DNA of 64,000 bases. Origin: a virus (Duplodnaviria > Caudoviricetes). Location of the stretch: positions 5,711 through 69,710 of IMG/VR virus record IMGVR_UViG_3300030330_003968. One strand, written 5' to 3'. The translations under genes and the position numbers were made by a program. This document shows positions 57,505-64,000 of this stretch, piece after piece. Position 1 is the first letter of the stretch, and each line of letters starts with the position of its first letter. Under the pieces are notes generated by a model, which ran no database searches, was not told the DNA's origin, and was given only the letters and a program-made list of their open reading frames with translations.

Positions 57505-58560
57505 GTGATGATGGTGTATTTTCCAAGAGAGATGTGGGCAGGGAGTCTAAGAAGTAATGCAAGAGAAGCAGGAAGAATTGTAGTTAAGAATGAAGAAGAG
57601 TATAAAAACTTTATCAATATGTATAATGGTAAAATGAATCTATTTACTTCTGTTTATGATTACAAACACTTTACTACTAACCGTGGATTAGAATATTCTA
57701 TTATAATTGATAGAATATTTTTAGATTTTGATGCTCATGGTGATGAAGAATCTATGCCTAATTTATATCAAGATGTATTAAAAATGCATCAATGGTTAAT
57801 GGAAAAAGATTACAAACATAACATATCCTTTTCTGGTAGAGGGTTTCATATATTTGTATATGGTAATGTAGCGAAGTCATTTAGACAAGTTAAAGCATTC
57901 TTTAATATCTGTCATGATGTAGTAAATAAAAGTCCTTTTCTTGATACGGTTGTAATTAATACAAGTAGATTAAGAAGGATTCAAAATACATTTCATCTTA
58001 AGGCTAACCGTTGGTGTATTCCTATTACACATGAAGATTTAATGGCAGGAATGCCGACCATATATAAACTCTCAGATAATGGTAAAAGAAATATAAAACC
58101 TGTTTATTATGGAAATAAATTAGTTGATTTTCCTGAAGTAAGAAAAATGGAAATGGCTGATATAGAAATTGATAGTGTAGAAAGTCCAGGATTATTACCT
58201 ATATTACCTTGTTTAAAAAATGCAGTTATGGTAGAAAATCCTAATCATAGAGCGAGAGTACTTTTAGTACAATGGTATAATGAGTTTTTATCTGAACTTA
58301 TTGTTCTAAACAAAGGGCTAAACATTACACCAAGACAATTAAGCGGAGAGGCTTTAGAAGTAATTAAACTTGAAATAGAATCTGAAATATTTAATATCGC
58401 ATCAAATGAAGATACATGGATAGATTTTAATATGAACGAAACAAAAAAACATGTTAGTTTTATTGTAGATGGTAGATATATGTCGCCCCATTGTAATACG
58501 CTAATTGAAGAAGGACTTTGTATAGGGAAGTGTTGGAGGTATGGACATGATAGTAATTGA
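57505..58560 (+). CDS. Archaeo-eukaryotic primase (PriS catalytic domain fused to PriL-like C-terminal domain)
   Basis: FLDFD, FSGRGFH, D...RLRRI; C-terminal LPCL...NH..R...YMSPHC...GLC.GKC. Confidence 0.85.
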   Translation: MMMVYFPREMWAGSLRSNAREAGRIVVKNEEEYKNFINMYNGKMNLFTSVYDYKHFTTNRGLEYSIIIDRIFLDFDAHGDEESMPNLYQDVLKMHQWLMEKDYKHNISFSGRGFHIFVYGNVAKSFRQVKAFFNICHDVVNKSPFLDTVVINTSRLRRIQNTFHLKANRWCIPITHEDLMAGMPTIYKLSDNGKRNIKPVYYGNKLVDFPEVRKMEMADIEIDSVESPGLLPILPCLKNAVMVENPNHRARVLLVQWYNEFLSELIVLNKGLNITPRQLSGEALEVIKLEIESEIFNIASNEDTWIDFNMNETKKHVSFIVDGRYMSPHCNTLIEEGLCIGKCWRYGHDSN

Positions 58561-59224
58561 CAGTAGGGAAGATTCACAATTAAGTAGAACATTAGAATCT
58601 TTTGCAGAAAGAGCAAAAATTAAAACAGAAAAGAAATGGTTAGAGATTGGAGATTATATAGTGGGTGATTGTTGTATAGAAGCAAAATCAACTGCTGACT
58701 TTTTACAATCAGTTAGAAATAAAAGAATATTTAATCAATTAGATAATATGGATAGAACATACAATAAGAATATAATATTAATATATGGAACATTAGAAGA
58801 CGCAGTACAATATTTAGAAAGAACAAATTATAATTCAACATCATGGAAAAATAAATTAAAGAAAATGTTTGTTGGTGCTTTAACTTCAATAGCATTACAT
58901 ACAGATGTTAAACCTATATGGGTAGATAATTATAGAACAGCCGCCCATATTATATTAGCAACAACAGAACATATAGATAAAGATTTAATTATACACAAAG
59001 AGTTACCAAAGAAAATAAGAACAGACGATGTAAGAGTAGATGTGCTATCTGAAATAAAGGGTGTTTCAGTAGAAAAAGCAAAAGCCCTACTAAAGTCCTT
59101 TGGAAGTATTGTGGAAATATCAATGGCTGATATTAAAGATATAACTAAGATAAAAGGTATTGGTAATAAAACTGCATACCATATTCTAAAGGCATTAAAT
59201 TCAGAAAATGAGGTGAGTTATTAA
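58547..59224 (+). CDS. ERCC4/XPF-family nuclease with HhH motifs
   Basis: IDSRE, LEIGDY, IEAKS..DF..S, IKGVSVEKA, IKGIGNKTA. Confidence 0.88.
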   Translation: MIVIDSREDSQLSRTLESFAERAKIKTEKKWLEIGDYIVGDCCIEAKSTADFLQSVRNKRIFNQLDNMDRTYNKNIILIYGTLEDAVQYLERTNYNSTSWKNKLKKMFVGALTSIALHTDVKPIWVDNYRTAAHIILATTEHIDKDLIIHKELPKKIRTDDVRVDVLSEIKGVSVEKAKALLKSFGSIVEISMADIKDITKIKGIGNKTAYHILKALNSENEVSY

Positions 59225-60750
59225 TGGCAAAAGATTTAGAAATAGATGAGTGGGAATTATATGATGCATTAGCAAAGGTAAATGATAACAGCGATTTAGA
59301 GGTTATTCGTTCTAAGAAAATAGAGATGCCTAAAGATGTTATACGCTGGAAAAATGTAGTAGGAGAGTTTTCTCTTTACAATGAGTATTCAGCAACAATG
59401 TCATATTTTGTATCATTAGGGCAGATATTAAAAGATTCAGTTAGAGTACCAATAGGTAGATTGGCTCTTGACCCAAGAATACATTATTGTTGGATTCAAA
59501 CTTCAAGGAGTGGTAAAACAACAATGTTTGATTTCTTGTGTCCTGTATGGGAAAGAACCTTTGAATTAATTAATGCTTATCCTACAACAAAAAATCAATT
59601 ACCGCTAACAGGTGTTCACAATTTTACATTGAACAATCCTGATAGTTTTACAGACCAAGCATTGTTAGGAACAATGAAGATGAATGTACCAAACCCTGAA
59701 TACAATAGACAAGAAGCAAGAGAAGATGATGATTATGATACTCCAGAATTTACAGATGTAACCATTTTTGGTAGCCTTTATGGTAGTGGTATTATTGCTT
59801 TTGATGAGTTTGAACATTCGGGTATTTTTAAGGAGTCGCAACATAAACAAGAAACAGTTATGCTATTTCAAAAGTTTATGAATCGTTTAGATTCTAAGAG
59901 TCACTTAATTAAGAAAAGACTAACTGAGTGGGGTAAAGATTTAGTTGTTGATTCACAAAGAAGTCTATGGGCTACAACATTACCACCCGAAGGATTAGAA
60001 AAAGTTATTCTAACAAAGGGTGTATTTCAAAGAATGTGGTTGTATGTTAGAGATGTTCCCGAATCTTTGAGGGCACAAATGGAAGAAGATTATATTGATA
60101 TGGTTGGCGAAATCTTAGAAGATGAAGATGGTTCATCTGTTTATCATGAAGAATTTTCTGAGATGCTTTACAATACTTATAGATGGATTCAAGATAGATT
60201 AGAAGCAGTAGATGGTGATAAAAGAAAAGTTGTAACTTGGTCTGAAGATGGACAGAAGGCTTTGAAAAATGTTTGGAGAGGTATGAAGAAATATATGAAT
60301 ACCTTTGATGACAGTATTTATGAAGCATTAAATACATTTTTAATGAATATGATTAACAATATCTGTATTGCTGCGGCTTTATGTGCTGTATCTGAAAGAA
60401 GTACAGTTATTACCGCTAAACATATTAAACAAGGTAGGCAATTAACTGATGAATCTTTTGACTCTATTACAAGTTGGTTCACAGAAAAGTTAAAGAAGAA
60501 GCCAAAGAGATTTTCTGATAAGAGTAATGAAAAGATGTATATCGCTGCTTATAATGCAACAAACCCAAAGGTTAAAGTTAATGGTACTAATGGATGGGTA
60601 GATAAAAAGTTGATGATTGAGTCTTTCAGAAAGAATGAACAATGTGGAAGAAATAAATTTTATAGACATTGGCATAGTGTAAAGCACATTTTTGAGGAAA
60701 TAAGAACAACTAAAACTTATGTAAGGTTAAAGGTGAATAAAGATGAGTAA
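59224..60750 (+). CDS. Divergent AAA+ ATPase, MCM-like replicative helicase candidate
   Basis: SRSGKTT, FTDQALLG, IIAFDE, GVFQR, HIKQGR; no N-terminal Zn/OB domain recognised. Confidence 0.6.
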   Translation: MAKDLEIDEWELYDALAKVNDNSDLEVIRSKKIEMPKDVIRWKNVVGEFSLYNEYSATMSYFVSLGQILKDSVRVPIGRLALDPRIHYCWIQTSRSGKTTMFDFLCPVWERTFELINAYPTTKNQLPLTGVHNFTLNNPDSFTDQALLGTMKMNVPNPEYNRQEAREDDDYDTPEFTDVTIFGSLYGSGIIAFDEFEHSGIFKESQHKQETVMLFQKFMNRLDSKSHLIKKRLTEWGKDLVVDSQRSLWATTLPPEGLEKVILTKGVFQRMWLYVRDVPESLRAQMEEDYIDMVGEILEDEDGSSVYHEEFSEMLYNTYRWIQDRLEAVDGDKRKVVTWSEDGQKALKNVWRGMKKYMNTFDDSIYEALNTFLMNMINNICIAAALCAVSERSTVITAKHIKQGRQLTDESFDSITSWFTEKLKKKPKRFSDKSNEKMYIAAYNATNPKVKVNGTNGWVDKKLMIESFRKNEQCGRNKFYRHWHSVKHIFEEIRTTKTYVRLKVNKDE

Positions 60751-61348
60751 TGTATTATCGTTTGATATAGAAACTAAAAATTTGAGTTATGAGATAGGAG
60801 GTTGGGGCAATACCCATTTATTTAAAGTCGCTTGTGTAACTACTTGGGATGGAGAAAATGGAGTAATTTATGTAGATGAACCTCTTAAGGAACTAAAAAA
60901 AGGTACTAATGTTGAAATTAAATCATTAAGAGAGTTTAAGTTTGATATAGATGAGCACTTTCAAAAGGGTGGAATTTTATTAGGGCATAATATTAATGCT
61001 TTTGATTTACCTGTTCTTAGAGATTCTATGGATATTTATATTGTAAGAAAATATTTAGAAGATAAATCAAATAGATGCATTGATACAAGTGCTTATTTGT
61101 TAAAAGAACATGGAAAAAGAATTCATTTGGACAATTTGGTTAAATGTACCATAGACGACCAAAAGAATATGAGTAGTATTGATTCCGTAGTCAAATGGAA
61201 AGCGGGAGAATACGATGATGTAGTGGATTATTGCCTTAAAGATTCACAATTGACCTATGATTTATGGAAATACGGTCAAGAAAATGGTATAGTCAAGTAT
61301 TTTGACGAAGAACAAAATATATTTACTGAGTTGCAGGTAAATTGGTAA
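60743..61348 (+). CDS. RNase H-like DEDD 3'-5' exonuclease
   Basis: FDIET, GHNINAFDLP, IDT, YCLKD. Confidence 0.85.
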   Translation: MSNVLSFDIETKNLSYEIGGWGNTHLFKVACVTTWDGENGVIYVDEPLKELKKGTNVEIKSLREFKFDIDEHFQKGGILLGHNINAFDLPVLRDSMDIYIVRKYLEDKSNRCIDTSAYLLKEHGKRIHLDNLVKCTIDDQKNMSSIDSVVKWKAGEYDDVVDYCLKDSQLTYDLWKYGQENGIVKYFDEEQNIFTELQVNW

Positions 61349-61376
61349 GGACATTGAGTAAAAAAGTTATTTTTAT

Positions 61377-61417
61377 CGGGGTGTAGCCGTGTAAAAGCGG
61401 CTATGCCTCGTTTTTTT
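61377..61417 (+). terminator. Stem-loop plus T-tract at the convergence of the two arms
   Basis: CGGGGTGTAGCCG-TGTAAAAG-CGGCTATGCCTCG followed by T7. Confidence 0.75.
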
Positions 61418-61429
61418 ACGCCAAAATCG

Positions 61430-61585
61430 TTAATTTTTAATTTTTAGTGATTTTTTAATCTTGCGTTTTAACTTTTTACCCATTATAAAAGCAATAGTTG
61501 TATAAAATAATACTTCTAATACTACTGCTAATATAAACATCCAACCTTTAACACAATAATTAGTGTCAGGCAAACAATACTCCAT
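61430..61585 (-). CDS. Small membrane protein (51 aa)
   Basis: manual translation MEYCLPDTNYCVKGWMFILAVVLEVLFYTTIAFIMGKKLKRK... Confidence 0.5.
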   Translation of the reverse strand: MEYCLPDTNYCVKGWMFILAVVLEVLFYTTIAFIMGKKLKRKIKKSLKIKN

Positions 61586-61595
61586 ATTAATCACA

Positions 61596-62252
61596 TCATG
61601 TTATAATTATTTTAAAGTGATAAGCATCTGAAACACTTGCTGAACCAGCAATTACATTTGAGTTTGTATCAGAACCACCATTAAGGTTAGCAATTTGAAT
61701 AATTAATTCACCTGCTACTGCTGTATTAAGAATATCAATTGAAAAACCACCACCATAAGGTGCTTTATAAGGAGAAGTTAATGTACCAAGAGCAGGGTTA
61801 ATTTGTATATTACCATTATTAAAATTATTTCCTACATCAGTAATAGGAAGACAAGCGGCACTTTCAGTACCTGAACCTGTCATATTAGGATGTAAAAAGG
61901 CTGCAATATCTATTCTATATTCAATACCTGCCGATAAATTAATTGTACCATTTGTTATTGCAGGAGAAGATACTAAACCATTTTGATGTGCTACCATATC
62001 CTGCACAGCCATCCCATTTATTGCTATCCCTGTTATTACATCAACATATATTGTTCCATTTGTCATATCTCTAACAGTCATTTCAACAGTAGAATAATTG
62101 TTTGGCATTGAAGGAAGTGCTTTACTTGTCATAGCAATTAGTTTAGTACCAACAAGGCTTCCGCCACCTCCACCTCCACTACCTGCTAATCTTTTCTTTT
62201 TGGCTTTTACACCTTTTCTAATTAACTGCATATGTATATCCATATCAACCAA
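61596..62252 (-). CDS. Putative virion/tail-associated beta-rich protein
   Basis: basic N-terminus, poly-Gly linker, G/N/T-rich beta domain. Confidence 0.55.
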   Translation of the reverse strand: MVDMDIHMQLIRKGVKAKKKRLAGSGGGGGGSLVGTKLIAMTSKALPSMPNNYSTVEMTVRDMTNGTIYVDVITGIAINGMAVQDMVAHQNGLVSSPAITNGTINLSAGIEYRIDIAAFLHPNMTGSGTESAACLPITDVGNNFNNGNIQINPALGTLTSPYKAPYGGGFSIDILNTAVAGELIIQIANLNGGSDTNSNVIAGSASVSDAYHFKIIIT

Positions 62253-64000
62253 CCTTTAACCATTCAGTAGCAGATATTTTAAGATAAGTAGCCATATCAA
62301 ATGCTGATAAAGCATCTGTTGATGCAGTTGTAGAAGTGCCTGTTCTTATTGTATCAAAAGTTAAACCTAAACCTGTTGTAACAGAATGTCCTCCACCACC
62401 TGCACAGGCTTGTACTGTACACGCTTGTTTAGCAAATATAAAGAACGATGTTCCTATTTTACAATTATTAGGCAATCCAATAAATCCTGATGATACATTC
62501 ATTACAATAGTGCTACCTGATTGACTTTGCCCTAAAATAGAATTTACCGTAATAGTAGATACTTTAGCATTTAAATTATTAGAAGTAGAATCAATTACTT
62601 TCCAAAAAGATAACGATTGATTATAACCTGTACTATTATAATATTCACCGTGAAATTGCTCTACTTGAGCATCCGGTTCTTCTTCTTCTGAATTTCTAAC
62701 CGCTTGTATAGTAATAGATTCGTTTGGTCTAATTAGTAAAGCCGACTGAGCACCTATAATAGTAGGTAATTCATATAATGGATTACCGTCAATATCGGGT
62801 ATAGCATTTAAACTATTAACAGTTAAACAATTAAATAAATTAACAGTATGGGCATTATAAGTTGTTCCTGTATTATCAACAGCATCAAATCCTTTATGCC
62901 AGCATTGTTGTATTTTAATATTATGTGGTAATGAAGGTTCATCAACACAAAATACAAACATAGGTACATTTGCAATATTAGATAAAGTTAATCTTTTACC
63001 TGTAAATGTTGATGGATTTGCTAAGTGTACAAATGCACCGCCACCCACTAATCCATTAGAGGGTGTTCCCGAAGTTTTACCTTCTAACATTGTAGTATAA
63101 TCAGCATGGGCTGAACCCCCAGATTCAATCCATTCTTGATTTAAAATTTGATTTTTAGCATTTATACCAATGTAAAATACTTCAGCAGTATCAGGACTAA
63201 TCATAGTAGAAGGGTCAAGAGCACTTTGTATTGTAGGTTTTGCTGAAATTATTGTTCCTACTCCTGATGGTATTCCGTCTTGTAATTGGAAATATTTTTG
63301 CTTTGAAGCATGATATGTTCCTAAGTTATCAATTTTATAATTAGTAGAAATATTTAAACCTTGATTAAAAGTTACAGTTAATGGTGCAGTATTATAAGTT
63401 ACAGAACCACCCGAAACAACAAGACTATTACCAATAGTTAAATGACCCGCTTCTGTTAAAGTAGCAATTGTAGTAGCAGCATTATTTATAAATGTAAAGG
63501 ATTGTGATGATTCATCATTATCAGCATCTATTCTAAAAGACATATTACCATCAGACCTAATTGCAAAGTCATTATCAGTTGGTCCAATTAAATCCCCTCC
63601 ACTTATTGTTAAATCGCCTCCTATTACTACATTATCATCGGTGTCCATTGTAATAGTGCTTCCTGAGTCTGAGGCTTTGATAATATTGCTTCCCACGATT
63701 AAACTACCTGCAATTGACAAATCTCCATTACCATCAATTGAACCCTTTGAAGCACCACCATATTTAACATCCAATACGGGATTAGTAATAGTACCATCTT
63801 GACCTTCAATAACTGCACCTGCTTCCCCACCTGTATTTTTAACATGAAGGATAGGTTTAGAACCTTCACCCCTTTCCATTTGAATAGCACCTACATTTGT
63901 AGAGCCATAGAAAGAAATATCTGTTCCGCTAATACCTATTACTTCAGTACCTGCGGTATTGTATATTTTATCAATAGACTGTGAAAATGTAGATTTATTA
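62245..64000 (-). CDS. Tail fibre/structural protein, 5'-partial
   Basis: frame stays open from 63879 to the window end; G/S/T/N-rich repeats (GDLSIAG, GDLTISG); ends KISATEWLKVG. Confidence 0.65.
   Translation of the reverse strand, partial: NKSTFSQSIDKIYNTAGTEVIGISGTDISFYGSTNVGAIQMERGEGSKPILHVKNTGGEAGAVIEGQDGTITNPVLDVKYGGASKGSIDGNGDLSIAGSLIVGSNIIKASDSGSTITMDTDDNVVIGGDLTISGGDLIGPTDNDFAIRSDGNMSFRIDADNDESSQSFTFINNAATTIATLTEAGHLTIGNSLVVSGGSVTYNTAPLTVTFNQGLNISTNYKIDNLGTYHASKQKYFQLQDGIPSGVGTIISAKPTIQSALDPSTMISPDTAEVFYIGINAKNQILNQEWIESGGSAHADYTTMLEGKTSGTPSNGLVGGGAFVHLANPSTFTGKRLTLSNIANVPMFVFCVDEPSLPHNIKIQQCWHKGFDAVDNTGTTYNAHTVNLFNCLTVNSLNAIPDIDGNPLYELPTIIGAQSALLIRPNESITIQAVRNSEEEEPDAQVEQFHGEYYNSTGYNQSLSFWKVIDSTSNNLNAKVSTITVNSILGQSQSGSTIVMNVSSGFIGLPNNCKIGTSFFIFAKQACTVQACAGGGGHSVTTGLGLTFDTIRTGTSTTASTDALSAFDMATYLKISATEWLKVG

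Noticed and set aside
33648-60687. Minus-strand ORFs in the right arm (e.g. 36375, 43856, 44455, 45113, 54002, 58245, 60047)
   Set aside because: Antisense shadows of well-supported plus-strand genes
63699-63984. Short ORFs at the right edge and a start codon at 63879
   Set aside because: The tail-fibre frame is open to the window end, so these are alternative-frame artefacts

Overview
This AT-rich (roughly 30% GC by eye), gene-dense window is part of a tailed archaeal dsDNA virus genome. Gene content fits a Magrovirus (virus of Marine Group II Euryarchaeota/Poseidoniales); this assignment is an inference from the archaeal-type replication genes and was not checked against a database. Left arm (1-25.9 kb, minus strand): terminase large subunit, a wHTH+LAGLIDADG protein, small membrane proteins and about 25 otherwise unrelated genes whose products all begin with M-(x)-W-x-x-[ILV]-[LI]-K. 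Some of these look like polyproteins joined at [ILVF]-x-K|[AS] sites, several carry enzyme-like domains (GNAT, PAP2 phosphatase, zincin, ART-like), and a tandem sub-family shares a second conserved leader followed by highly diverged domains. I interpret this as a candidate capsid-targeting and protease-processed cargo system. Centre (25.9-30.5 kb): strand-switch region with a recurring CCATATGG palindromic promoter element, two paralogous early-type genes and a non-coding origin-like segment with two G-quadruplex motifs. Right arm (30.5-61.4 kb, plus strand): two tRNAs, class II RNR, a dispersed ubiquitin-like set (Ubl, E1/ThiF, JAB), TFB, a histone-fold protein, DenV-like glycosylase, ligase, RFC, SSB, PCNA, IMPDH/GMPR, PolB, Cas4-like nuclease, primase, ERCC4 nuclease, MCM-like ATPase and a DEDD exonuclease. 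The right end holds convergent tail/fibre-like genes. All assignments come from motif reading by eye.
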